The notes under the pieces were generated by a model. That model was given only the letters and a program-made list of their open reading frames with translations. It was not told the DNA's origin and did not search any database. Both the position numbers and the translations under genes were made by a program. DNA of 64,000 nucleotides from Squalus acanthias. Taxonomy: Eukaryota. The stretch spans positions 186,001-250,000 of the forward strand of contig JASTWF010000326.1 in the NCBI GenBank assembly GCA_030390025.1, in the 5' to 3' direction. Positions 38,529 to 51,270 of the stretch are shown piece after piece (position 1 is the stretch's first letter; each line of letters opens with the position of its first letter).

Positions 38529-40136
38529 GTGCATGAAACAGCCTACTGTCTCAAGGTAATGCCACATCCAGCTCTCAGTGCAAATGACAATTTATATCCC
38601 AGAAATCAGGCAGGATCACCCAACCACTGCAGATGTGGTAGAAGCTGTTGTAGCGCCATCTCAGGGGCCAGTGCAAAGTATAGTACCACCTCATTCCCAC
38701 CTGATACACCACACTAACTCCTTCCATTAAAATTTGCTTAGAAGTACAGTAACAAGATGCATAAAAGATACTTTATACCAGCCAAAATACTATAAAATCA
38801 TGCATGCACAACACAAAAAGGGATATTTTTTTTTCTATATTTGACTTTTGTCCAAAAAGTTTCTTTCTTGTGGTGTAAAATAAAGTAGCAGCAGAGTAAA
38901 ATGGATGGCCATGGATGGTAGAGAGGTAGTGCAAAAGATAATGTTGGAGTGGAGTACAAGTGGACATGAAGGTTAATTAAAGGATCAGTTTATAGACTTG
39001 GCTACTAGGTGTATTCTATCGGCCACCAACTAGTGGGAAAGATGCAGTGGAGCAAATTTGCAGGGAAATTACAGAGAGGTGCAAGAATTATTGAGTAGCA
39101 ATTCTGAGGGACTTCAATTATCCTAATATAGACTGGGATAATAGTGTAAAGGCCAGAAATGGGGAAGAATTTCTGAAGTGTGTTCAGGAGAACTTTCTTG
39201 ATCATACATTTCCGGTCCAATGAGGAAGGAGGAATTGCTGGATTTGGTTCTGGGGAATGAGATGGGTCAAGTGAAACAAGTGTCAGTAGGGGAACATTTA
39301 GGGAACAGTGATCATAGTATCACAAGGTTTAGATTAGCTATGGAAAAGGACAGGGAGCAAGAGTAAAAATACTTAATTGGAGGAAGGCAAATTTCAGTGG
39401 GTTGAGAATGGAGCTGGCCCGGGTAAATTGGAATCCAAGATTGGCAGGCAAAACTGTAATCAAACAATGGTCTGCCTTTAAAGAGGAGCTGGTTCGGGTA
39501 CAGTCAAGGTACATTCCCACAAGGGGCAAAGGTAGGGCAACTAAAGCCAGGGCTCCCTGGATGATGAAAGAGAGAGTAAGATGAAGCAGAAAAAGGGCGC
39601 ATTTGACAGATTTCAGGTTGAGAATACAAGTCAGAATCAGGCTGAATATAGAAAGATCAGAGAGGAAGGGAAAAAGAAAATAAGAGGGGCAAAGAGAGAT
39701 TATGAGAATAGATTGGCAGCTAACCTAAAAAGGAATTCAAAAGTCTTCGATAGGCATATAAATAATAAAGAGTAGTAAGAGGAGGGGTGGGGCCAATTAG
39801 GGACCAAAAAGGAGACCTGCACATGGACGCAGAGGGCATGGCTGAGGTACTAAATGAGTACTTTGCATCTGTCTTCACCAAGGAAGATTTTGCTGCCAAA
39901 GTCATCGTGAAAGAGGAGGTAGTGGAGATACTGGATGAGATAAAAATTGATAAGAGGAGGTACGAGAACGGCTGTCTGAACTTAAAGTTGATAATTCACC
40001 AGGACCGGATGGGATGCATCCTAGCATGCTGAGGGAGGTTAAGGAGGAAATCGCGGAGGTACTCGCTATAATCTTCCAATCCTCCTTAGATACGGGGGTG
40101 GTGCCAGAGGACTGGAGAGTTGCAAATGTTACACCT

Positions 40137-41021
40137 TGTTAGAAACTAAAGATGCCTAAAAATGTATATGGTTATGCGATTAAAACTGTGACGTGAAAAT
40201 GGTTATGTTCGAATTACAGACGGAAAGTCTCCTTGGGACAGATAAATGCTTAGAAGTGTTAATGTTTTGGTTTCCTATGGAGGGTAATGTCCCTGTTCCT
40301 AAGTGATTATCTGTTGTTTTTAAGTTAAGACTTGAACCTTGTTTATGTATTTTATGTGCAAAGCTAAGATAGGATTTGAAGTTGGCTTCACAGAACTGCT
40401 TGCGAAGATAACGGAAGGAAGTTTAGGGAAGTTAACGTAAACATTTTCTATGTCATAAAGGAGGTAACACTCTGAAGCAAATAGGTTTCTAATTGGGCCT
40501 CTTGAGATCAAAGAAGGATGAGAGAGATAATACACAAATTCCACAGGAAGGAAACCCTGGGAAAATATAAACAGAGAAAGACATGTGGCCAAAATCATAA
40601 GACATCTTTAGGGCGAGCTTTGACACAAGAATCAAGATAAAGAACTAGAAGTCCCATTGGATATTAAGGTTTATGGGGAACTTCTATAGGTCAAAAGGTT
40701 TTGTCAATATCCAGGTTCAGGCCCACCCCTAAAAGTAGAATTAAAGTGACCTCCCAAAAGCTTGTACTCACAGACAGAAAAGAAAGAGAGAGAAGGCTCT
40801 AGACAAAAGGAAAAAGAGAATTGCTCACGTGTGTCAACCATCTGTCCGATCGGATCAGTATCAGCTTCTTGTCACGGTCGTATGTTTTTTGCTGTATAAC
40901 TAATGCGTTATATTCAGTCTTAAACTCTGATTAAACACAATATACCCACGATATTGGTTTGCACTTGAACCTGATTATTTTGAAGTCACCAGAGATAGCC
41001 GTAACTTGGCTATTTCTAACA
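40137..41021. mobile_element. Solo LTR (885 bp) inserted in CR1 ORF2
   Basis: Termini TGTTAGAAA...TTTCTAACA (TG..CA, 9-bp inverted); flanks ACCT/ACCC; removing it restores the CR1 NVTPLF motif. Confidence 0.85.
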
Positions 41022-41651
41022 ACCCTTGTTCAACAAAGTGTTCAAGGATAAACCCAGCAACTACAGGCCAGTCAGTTTAACCTTGGTAGTGGGGAAGCTT
41101 TTGGAAATGATAATCAGGGACAAAGTTAACAGTCACTTGGACAAGTGTGGATTAATTAAGGAAAGCCAGCACAGATCTGTTAAAGGCAAATGATGTTCAA
41201 CTAACTTGATCGAGTTTTTTGAGGAGATAACAGAGGGGGTTAATGAGGGCAATGCGGTTGATGTGGTGTATATGGACTTCCAAAAGGCGTTTGATAAAGT
41301 GCCACATAATAGGCTTACCAGCAAAGCTGAAGCCCATGGAGTAAAAGGGACAGTGGCAGCATGGATACGAAATTGGCTAAGTGACAGGAAACAGAGAGTA
41401 GTGGTGAACGGTTGTTTTTCGGACTGGAAGAAGGCATACAGTGGGGTTCCCCAGGGGTCGGTACTAGGACCATTGCTTCTCTTGATATATATTAATGACT
41501 TGGACTTGGGTGCACAGAGCACAATTTCAAAATTTGCAGATGACACAAAACTTGGAAGTATAGTAAACAGTGAGGAGGATAGTGATATCTAGACAGGCTG
41601 GTGAAATGGGCGGAAACGTGGCAGATGAAATTTAACACAGAAAAGTGCGAA

Positions 41652-42088
41652 GGGCAACACGGTGGCATAGTGGTTAGCACTGGTGCCTCACAGCGCCAGG
41701 GACCCGGGTTCGAATCTGACCTCGGGTGCCTGTCTGTGTGGAGTTTGCACATTCTCCCCGTGTCTGCGTGGGTTTTCTCCGGGTGCTCCGGTTTCCTCCC
41801 ACAGTCCAAAAATGTGCAGGTTAGGTTGATTTGGCTATGATAAATTGACCCTTAGTGTTAGGGGGGTATTAAATATGTGGGGTTATGGCGATAGGATGGG
41901 ATATGTTAGGGGGAATTAAATATGTGGGGTTACGGGGGTAGGGTGGGATATGTGTACTGTGGGGATTAAAGCAGGGACAGGGTACTGGATTTGGATGATC
42001 AGCCATGATCGTATTGAATGGTGGAGCAGGCTCGACGGGCCGAATGGCCTACTCCTGCTCCTAGATTCTATGTTTCTATGTTTCTATG
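41652..42088 (+). mobile_element. HE1-type V-SINE with chimeric CR1 3' tail, nested in CR1
   Basis: Same head and V-domain as 38212-38528; splits host KCE|VIH; ends in (TTTCTATG)n. Confidence 0.92.
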
Positions 42089-42959
42089 TGATACATATTT
42101 TTTGGAAGAATGAGGAGCGGCAATATAAACTGAAGGGTACAATTCAAAGGGGGTGCATGAACAGAGAGACCTGGGGGTATATGTGCACAAATCATTGAAG
42201 GTGGCAGGGCTGGTTGAGAAAGCAGTTAAAAAAAGCATACAGGATCCTGGGTTTCATAAATAGACAAGAGTACAAAAGCAAGGCAGTTATGATGAACCTT
42301 TATAAAACACTGGTTCAGCCTCAACTGGAGTATTGTGTCCAATTCTGGGCACCACACTTTAGGAAGGATGTGAAGGCCTTACAGAGGGTGCAGAAAAGAT
42401 TTATGACAATGGTTCCAAGGATGAGCGACTTCAGTTATGTGGATAGACTAGAGAAGCTGGGGTTGTTCACCTTGGAGCAGAGAAGGTTGAGAGGAGATTT
42501 GATGGAGGTATTCAAAATCATGAGGGTTCTAGACAGAGAGAGAAACCGTTCCCATTGGCGAAAGGTTGAGAACCAGAGGACACAGATTCAAGGTGATTGG
42601 CAAATGAACCAAAGGCGACATGAGGAAAAACTTTTTTACGCAGCGAGTGGTTAGGATCTGGAATGCACTGCCTGAAAGGGTGGTGGAGGCAGAGTCAATC
42701 ATGGCTTTCAAAAGGGAATTGGATAAATACCTGAAGGAAAAAAATTTGCAGGGCTACGGAGAAAGGGCAGGGGAGTGGGTCGAGCTGAAGTGCTCTTGCA
42801 AAGAGCCAGCACAGGCTCGATGGGCTGAATGGCCTCCTTCTGTGCTGTAACTATTCTATGATTCTATGAAATACGTTCTGGTGCAATCGTCTTCCAGGCT
42901 GCAAAAAGGTTTTGATTCCAACATCTTCTGCATCACTGGCTGTGGTGTTGTTTGCTGAC

Positions 42960-43080
42960 AAGACAACAGTGACTAGACCAGCCACTGCACTTCAAAATTT
43001 AATTGGTTGCATATAAAGCACTTTGAGACACCTTGAGTAAGTGATAAGCTGCTATATAAATGCAAGTTCTTTCTTTTCCT
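42960..43080 (+). mobile_element. 3' tail fragment of SacSINE1-like SINE/L2
   Basis: AAAGCACTTTGAGAC...GCTATATAAATGCAAGTTCTTTC, reverse complement of the tail at ~45355. Confidence 0.6.
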
Positions 43081-44551
43081 TACCTTCTTTGATTGCAGGT
43101 AAGCCTCCTTCTCCATTACGGCTCGATGTCTTGGTATTGCAAAGTGTGGCGGCACACAGCAGACAATGATTATCTTGGAAACATAGGCACGACCATTTCG
43201 TAAAGCAGCGGTAACCAAGATGTGGCCAACTTCAGCCGATGAGCTTCTTTGATCCACCTTGTAAAACCTCTGCCAATGTTGTGTGCAAAGCCGACTTCTG
43301 CTTTTAATATTTCCAGGTCTGGGTGACTGGAAGAGACTGCTCTGTGTCAGGTGTACTTTGGTCATAAGAGCAGCCTCCAAACAGCTGAAGCTTCTAGCTT
43401 TCAAAACAGAGGTGGGGGAAGAGGGAAGGTGTGGTGGGGTAAACGATGGTGGCTTTTCATCTTGTTTATGGAGGACTCACATGTGTCCGAGGGCTTTTTT
43501 TGTATATGGATTTCTTGCTTTGTTTCTGCTATGGTGTTAATTGTGTTTATGCAGAATGTTGCATTTTTATGTGGTTTTGCACTTCTACAAATGGAGGCTC
43601 ACAGTATTATGTAATCATATGCAACCCACTCACTACTTTTAACAGGTTTCTCCAGGCCCTAGCTCAACAAAAAGAAAATGGTCATTGCCGCTGCAAAGTT
43701 TGTCCAGGAACCGGAGGTGTTGTTTCAAAACAGCAATGTTATTCTCTTAAGTTCCTGGCAGCTGCATGGACCTCACATCTATTTTCTGCTTTTGTCCATG
43801 GTTGGTGCAAAGGCACCATTAGCTGTTACTGAACACAGTTGCCTTAGCCTCAAATATGCCTGGCACAGTAAAGTGCCTTCAAATTAAAGTGACATGACAC
43901 TATCTGGGAAGCAGGCACTGAACTGCGTACTTGATCGTTCTTAGTCACGTCGGCCATGATCTTGTTCTGAGGACCTTGGATGACGATAGTGCTATCATTG
44001 GCTCGCTGTACTTTGGGAACCCAATAATTCTGAATCTGGACTGTTCATTTTCTGTGGCAAAAGTGATGGACTGTTTGCCCTTCTGAGCAATGCAGCAGTT
44101 AGCTGCTTGTTGCATCTATATTACAAATTGGTTTACATTGCACATCGTCTCCGATTGTAGCCTGGAAGGAGCCAGAGGCATAAAAATTGAGAGTGGTTAT
44201 GATCTTGACTGCATTTAGAGAGGGAGACGGCGCACACTAGGAACACAAGAAGTGAAGCAGGAAATGTTATGGCACACGTCACCAACTAGGTCCTGGCGGC
44301 TTCAATAAATCAGAGCATTGCAATCCCCACTCATGATTACCAACTGAGAAACTGATTCCACTAAAAAGAGTTTCTACCCGCTGGAGAATAGACAATGCTG
44401 CAAAAATACTCAGCCGACATACACCTTCAATTGTCCCAATGAGAGAGGGGAGATGACGTGACAGGATTTCGAAAGGCAGAGCTCAAACTTCTATGAACAA
44501 GCATTGGAAAAGCTGGGGTGCAATCTTTAAGTTCCTTTCAGATACAACCTG

Positions 44552-44591
44552 CCTGTTCTAAAATGTCTACACCTGTTCTAAAATGTCTACA
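44552..44591. repeat. Perfect 20-bp tandem duplication
   Basis: CCTGTTCTAAAATGTCTACA x2. Confidence 0.9.
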
Positions 44592-45334
44592 ATTAAAAGG
44601 AAGCAGAGTAATATTTTGCTGACTGAATTGATTTACTGAAGTTTATTTACGACCGAAGAGCTAACAATGCAGTTTACATTAAGTGTTATGCCTTCCAGTG
44701 TCACCAGCTGTGCACCAGAGAGGATTCACCACCATGAAGAAAATAAGTTAGTCTAATCACTCCAGAGAAGAACATTCTTATGACTAATTTCATGCATGAA
44801 CCCACATTCAGTCTGCACAACCACAGGTCACAAACCAATAGGTTTGATTTTGCGTGATAAAAATGGCCAACAGAAACGAGACAATATACTTAAACATTTT
44901 TTAAATCCACTACTTTCCAGTTGTGGGTCTGTGCTGATATTTTTTTCATGTACAGCCTGTGTGCACTGTATTTTTTTCCTGTGATATAGTGCCTTTTTTC
45001 AAGGTGTTGACTTCTCATTAATCAGCCCATGTAAAAAAGGCACTCAGGCATGTAAAACTTGCCAAGCACTTGTCTGAAGGGCATGTACTCAAAAGAAAGT
45101 TAGTGTTGAGTTCTGTACATAAAGAGTACTGGAAAGGATGATGTAGTGTTCTCTCTACAGGGCCAGGCAGGCAAAGAAAATGTCCTTTTCTGGAACCAAT
45201 ACCATTTGTTGACTTAAATGATTACCTTTAATCTCATGGGTCTTCTGCCCATTTCAAATAGTATATTTCTACCCTTCACGCAGCTCCTTTAACACACATG
45301 AATTTATAAAAATCTACTTAGAATTTACATTCTT

Positions 45335-45820
45335 GAGAGAGAGAGAGAGAGAGACTTGCATTTATATAGCGCCTTTCACGAGCACTGGATGTCCCAAAGC
45401 GCTTTACAGATAATGAAGTACTGTTTGAAGTGTATTCACTGTTGTAATGTAGGAAACGCGGCAGCCAATTTGCGCACAGCAAGCTCCCACAAACAGCAAT
45501 GCAATAATGACTAAATAATTTTTTTTTTTTTTAAATGAGGTTGATTGAGGGATAAATATTGGCCAAGACACCAGGGATAACTCCCCTGCTCTTCTTCAAA
45601 TAATGCCATGGGATCTTTTATGTCCATCGGAGAAAGCAGACGGGGCCTTGGTTTAACGTCTCTTCCGAAAGACGGCACCTCAGACAGTGCAGCACTCCCT
45701 CAGTACCGCACTGGAGTGCTAGCCTAGACTTTTGTGCTCAGGTCTCTGGAGTGGGACTTGAACCCACAACCTTCTGACTCAGAGGGGAGAGTGCTACCCA
45801 CTGAGCCACTGGCTGACATA
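45335..45820 (-). mobile_element. Full-length SacSINE1-like (Deu-domain) SINE
   Basis: tRNA head (GTGGCTCAGTGGGTAGCACTC...GGTTCAAGTCCCAC), Deu core (GCTGCACTGTCTGAGGTGCCGTCTTTCGG, GATCCCATGGCA, GAGCAGGGGAGTT), L2-type tail GCGCTATATAAATGCAAGT plus (TC)n. Confidence 0.88.
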
Positions 45821-46949
45821 CTGCACTCACTGTAACTTCCACAGCCGATAGACAAGATTTCATCATTTACTGCAGTTATTTTTCATGTTAACTTGCTTCC
45901 AGTTAAATTAAATTCTCCTAAAAGCTCTGCTCAATTTAATTAAGTATGAATTCAACTTTATTCAGCCTGTACAATATACTGCCATGGCGAACTTTTGAAA
46001 GATTATCACAATTAGTGACTCTGCAGTGGACCAGCAGCAATATAAGGGGCTATTTTTCACATCTTCAGATTCAATTTTGAGTCCACTCTAGGGAATCAAT
46101 GGGTGAGCTTTACCTAGCAGTTACTAAAGGCCATAATTTCACTAATCTTAGTATAGTTGCCAAACATGATCAATTTATAGGTCAGAACAGCACAGTGTGT
46201 TCTGTCGTGGACGGAACTTCAGACTGGAAGACGTCCTCGGTACATTCAGCCATTGTTGCTCATAATTTGTACCTCGTCTAAGATAGGGATGCTTAATCTT
46301 GGTCTGTGAAAATTAATTTGACTACACAGTGGAAGTCTGCACATAGAGCAATTGTAGTTAGAGAACCTAGAGTAATTCACCTATTTTCCCTTTGATAGTA
46401 TTTACTGTATTGAAGAGCAAATTGAAAATATCAGCGAAATCTCAGTTAAAAGGAATTCCCATTTGAAAATGGTAATCCACAAATTAGAAAAGAGGAAAAA
46501 GGGACATGGGAACAGGCCTAGCTCATGCAATTTGGACATTCTCGTGTGGAGGATAAACATCAACTGGTTGGGTGAAAATTAATCTCAAAGTATTCCTACA
46601 AAAATAGACTGCCGAAAACTGAACCTATACATTTCAAGACTCCACTAACCTTTGTGTAACATTCATTCTGTATTAGTTCTGCCAAGAGTGAAAAGCTGGT
46701 GCTATCTGCCACAACAGCAGCATCTTGGATAAGGAAATGTTAGGAGGAAGTACAAACAAAAACACATTACTGTTTTGAGTGATCCCGCTCTACTAGTACT
46801 GGTATGTTTTATGTTCAAAGAAATACTCAAATTTGTGGTAATAACTAGCTGTGCTTTTATTTACATACCCTCCAGAAGATGCCTAAAGAATAAACAAATA
46901 ATACAAGAGAAGCCATCTAGAGTTTAGTTTACAATATGCCACATCGCGT

Positions 46950-49900
46950 TTCACCCTCAGAATTACAAGGTGAAAATATTCATCTCAAAGAAACAGCCTG
47001 CTAATAGCTTAAAAAAGCAAGTAATTTAGCAACTGCATCTTGTATTAAAAAAAAGCACTCTTCCGGTCGTACACAGGAAAGATGGGTTGCGCCAACATTC
47101 GAGCCATAATGAAAACCACTAAACTCATAACTATCTACAAGTCCAAACGATTTGGAGGTTTCCTTGACCTTTGAAGATATCAGAGTAGGATTAACAATGG
47201 GTAAGCGCTAACTAATGGTGAGCCGTAGATAGCAAGTTCTTGGGTTTGGTCTCATCCCCATCAGATTTCAGAGCTTTGAGAGTACGGTTTCAGAATTTTG
47301 GTGGATCAACAACACCAAGTCCACAAAGCAAATATCCACCTTTGATCAACAATTTGTCTTAATGTCTACCGTATAATCTTAGTTCTGCCAGCAAAACTTC
47401 ATCATCAGGCCAGACATTCACCACATAGTGCTCAACATGGGATAGTGCAGGGTCATGTGACTGTGATGGGACGTGAGTTCAGCTGCTCAGTAAACAATTC
47501 CTTGCTCAAATCTTCAGCACTACGTGAACCCAATATGGGTAGGTGGGACAAAAATATCTGCATTGCCATTCAATTTATGGTTTAAACTTGATAAGATGAT
47601 AATTCAATAGCCCATCTTTGGATTCCCAAAGCTAAAATGGGTATTCCTTGGTTCTCAGAATATGAAAGCTAAAGCTTTATGATCAGTGTGCAGAACAAAA
47701 CAAGGTCCAAATAGGTTTGTGTGAAATTTCTTCACTCCAAATATGATTGCAAGGGCTTCACGTTTGATCTATGAATAATTGGTTTTAGTGGAAGTTAGGG
47801 GACGGAAGGTGAACGCTATTGGTTGTTTGGAACAATCAGGTTATCGGTGAGAAATCACAGCTCCTGCACCCACTTGAGATGCATCAACTGATAAAACTAG
47901 TGGCAAATTAGAGCAGTAACGCTTCAATAATGATGCAGTTGCTATTAAATTCTTCAGCTATTGAAAATTACTTGGAACGGTCTTTCGACCACTCCCACTT
48001 TACGTTCTTGTGAAGGAGTCAACAGGTTTGTGACCATCGACATGTTTGGAGCACAGTTCTAGTAATAACCGCAACTCTTCTACTGCTTCATTGGAGCAGG
48101 CGAAGCAGTCATTGCTTCAACCTCCTTTCATAGTTGAATACCAAACTTGTTAACAATGGAAGAGAAATACTCTATGGAGTCTTGTAACAGCGAGCATTTG
48201 GACTTCTGCAGTCAAAGATCATATTCCTGTAAATGCTTAAAATCTGCTTAGAAATCTTGCAGATGTTCTTCCTCTGATCTTTCAGTAACCAGGAGAACAT
48301 CCAATAAGCATTTAATGCTGTGGAGATGAGCTAAAATTGTCTCAATGATTGTCTGAAATATGGCTGAAGCATGTTCAATGCCAGAATTCAGCCTTTTGTA
48401 ATGATAAAGTGTTCATCATTTTCTGATTTTCTACACAATTGCAAGTAAGCCTTGCAAAGACCTAATTTAGAAAATTGCTGGCCACCATGGAGATTGTCGA
48501 AAAATTCTTCAGCCCTGGGCAGAGGAATTTCATGAACGTCGAAACTAAGGTTCACATCAATTCAATAAATCACCACAAATTCTGACACCACCTTCAAGTT
48601 TTACTACAGGCACGATCGGGCTTGTCCATTCGTTGTGGTTGATTTTTCTCAATTATGCCCTTATGCTCCATACGATCCAACTCTGCTGATTTCCTTTCCT
48701 TTAGAGCATCGAGGCTTAAAATATTTTGGCTTCACCCCCTCTTTCACACAAAGATGTACCTGAATACCATTTGCCGTAGCAAGTTTTGGACTCAATGGGT
48801 CTTTGAGTGGTGATCTTAATTCTGGCCCAGATCAACTTCAGGCTGTAAAACTAATCTTGGTCCAATGAGGGACCTTTGCCCCTACATTGGATTTTTGTCT
48901 TCGCTTCTGTTGAATCCTCAAGGCGTTATGATACGACTTGGGGCTGACTTTTCTTCTCCCCACCTCCAATCTAGCAGCATCTACTGGCTTCCAGCAACAC
49001 TTAACTATATGGCCCAATTCCGTGTAATTATGCCATATAATTTTCTTACTAAAACATCAGTCTGGATTATTTTTAACCACTCCTCCAGCATAGTTGAGCT
49101 ACCCCATTCACTTGTGAGCTGTTGGACCCTGTGGCATGTAATTCGCTAGCATGCCTGGCAGCAGACTCCATTCCCAAGTGCTATTGCGAGAGCTCCAGCA
49201 GACAAGTCTCTCTTCTACAAACAGTTCCTTCGGTATCAACGTTTCCTCCAAAACTACAGACAAACTGCATCATTGAGAAATCCAAGGTACCATGTTTCAG
49301 ACAGTTTCCTCAGTTCTACCATAAACTGAAGAACATCTATTTGCATTCTCTGGTTAAAACTCCTCAGGGCAGTGTCCTAGGCCCAACCATCTTCAGCTGC
49401 TTCATCAATGACCTTCCCTCCATCATAAGGTCAGAAGTGTGGATGTTCGCTGATGATTGCACAGTGTTCAGTTCCATTCGCAACTCAGATAATGAAGCAG
49501 TCCATGCCCAAATGCAGCAAGACCTGGATGACATTCAGGCTTGGGCTGATAAGTAGCAAGTAACATTTGCACCACAATAAACGAGAGTCTAACCACCGCC
49601 CCTTGACATTCAACGGTATTACCATCACCAAATCCCCCACAAACCAACATCCTGGGGGTCACCATTGACCAGAAACTTAACTGGACCAGCCACATAAATA
49701 CAATGGCTACAAGAGCAGGTCAGAGGCTGGGTATTCTGCGGCGAGTGTCTCACCTCCTGACTCCCCAAAGCCTTTCCACGATCTACAAGGCATAAGCCAG
49801 GAGTGTGATGGAATACGCTCCACTTGCCTGGATGAGTGCAGCTCCAACAACACTCAAGAAGCTCGACACCATCCAGGACAAAGCACCCCATCCACCACCT

Positions 49901-50611
49901 TAAACATCCACTCCCTCCACCACTGGTGCACTGTGGCTGCAGTGTGTACCATCTGCAAGATGCACTGCAGCAACTCGCCAAGACTTCTTCGGCAGCACCT
50001 CCCAAACCCGCAACCTCAACCACCTAGAAGGACGAGGGCAGCAGGCGCATGGGACCACCATCAACTCCAAGTCCCCCTCCAAGTCACACACTATCCTGAC
50101 TTAGAAATATATCGCCGTTCCTTCATCGTCGCTGGGTCAAAATCCTGGAACTCCCTCCCTAACAGCACTGTGGGGGTACCTTCACCACATGGACTGCAGC
50201 GGTTTAAGGCGGCGGCTCACCACCACCTTCTCAAGGGCAATTAGGGATGGGCAATAAATGCTGGCCTTGCCAGCGACGCCCACATCCCAGGAATGAATAA
50301 AAAAATAACAAGTGGCTTCAGGCTCAAATCTTCCTTGACCACTTGAACCAACTCCTCATACGTTTTGTCTTTAGGCGGGACCGAAGCAATCAGATACTTT
50401 AATGTTTGTGTCGCAGGTCTACAGATAGTATTTTTGGCATCTATTGGAAGTTCATTTACCTCAAAATAAAAATCAAGTCACTTACACCATTGCTCTCTCA
50501 TTTTTCCAACTAAACCGGATAATGATTAAAAAAAGATAATTGACAAGGTAACCCACTGCCCAAGTAACAAAGATGTCCAATATTCAATCTTTTAACAATG
50601 CACTGTTGCCA
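46950..50611 (-). mobile_element. Decayed Ty3/Gypsy LTR retrotransposon internal region (gag-pol)
   Basis: Minus strand ~48650-48570 gives EWTSPIVPVVKLEGGVRICGD (Gypsy RT N-terminus); gag-like YEELVQVVKEDLSLKP (~50360) and QFMVELRKLSE (~49320); PBS-like TGGCAAC at ~50610. Downstream (left) boundary uncertain. Confidence 0.8.
49357..50306 (+). mobile_element. CR1/L2-group LINE 3' part nested in Gypsy gag
   Basis: PQGSVLGPTIFSCFINDLP, MFADDC; 3' end and A-rich tail as in 30445-31520. Confidence 0.9.
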
Positions 50612-50758
50612 CTCATGTCCAATAAACACCCAAATGGGTGCTAATAACTTGCTAGAATAACAAAGGAATACAAGAGTAGGATAATTGCTACAATGTGCTT
50701 AATCCCCTCAGGGGGCCACCTCGTGGTCCTTTAACAATGTGCAAGTACCATATATATC

Positions 50759-51270
50759 GGCCTGGAGTTTCTGCAAGGTTGTGCTGTTTTTTTCAGTGCA
50801 ATTTGCCCGAAGTCGGCCAAGCCAGTGATAAAGTTGAAGGAATTCCAATCACAAATCGAGTTTCCGCGATCTTTTGTTCTAGTTTAAAAAAAAAATCGCG
50901 CTGGAAGCTAGCCCCGCCCACAAAACTGGCTATGCCCTCAGAATGAATTAATCACCATTGACGTTTCCGTTAATTGCGCCCGCTTGCGGGCCTTCGAGGA
51001 GGCTCTAAAAATTAAGCTTTTTTTTAAAAAAAAGGCAGAAGGATACAAACAGGCATGTTTTAATAGCTTTCAAATTATTTTTTCCAATTTACTAAGAAAC
51101 TGACTATTGTACACCAATGTAACTAGTAAATGGTCAGGTTCCTTAATTACATTCTAAAATGCTACTCGATTGTGCTGGTTCATGAAAGATTTTACATTCG
51201 GCGATATGCAAATGAGATTGAGCGGAACTGCCCGGATTGCTGATTGCACTCAAAGTAGAAACTCTTGGCC
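50759..51270 (+). mobile_element. Harbinger-like non-autonomous element (family B, copy 1), TSD ATC
   Basis: TIRs GGCCTGGAGTTTC / GAAACTCTTGGCC, ATC on both flanks; homologous to 55221-55933. Confidence 0.85.

Larger units (their letters stand above)
39005..42869 (+). mobile_element. CR1 LINE (ORF2 decayed) hosting a solo LTR and a SINE
   Basis: GVFYRPP, GDFN, YMDFQKAFDKVPH, PQGSVLGP, KFADDTKL; tail ATTCTATGATTCTATGA; reading resumes across both inserts. Confidence 0.93.

Noticed and set aside
41652..41725. tRNA gene
   Set aside because: It is the tRNA-derived head of a V-SINE, continuing into the SINE body; same for ~38460-38528 and ~45750-45820.
46180..46280. CpG-containing exon-like segment
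   Set aside because: Weak splice sites on both strands and no recognisable peptide.
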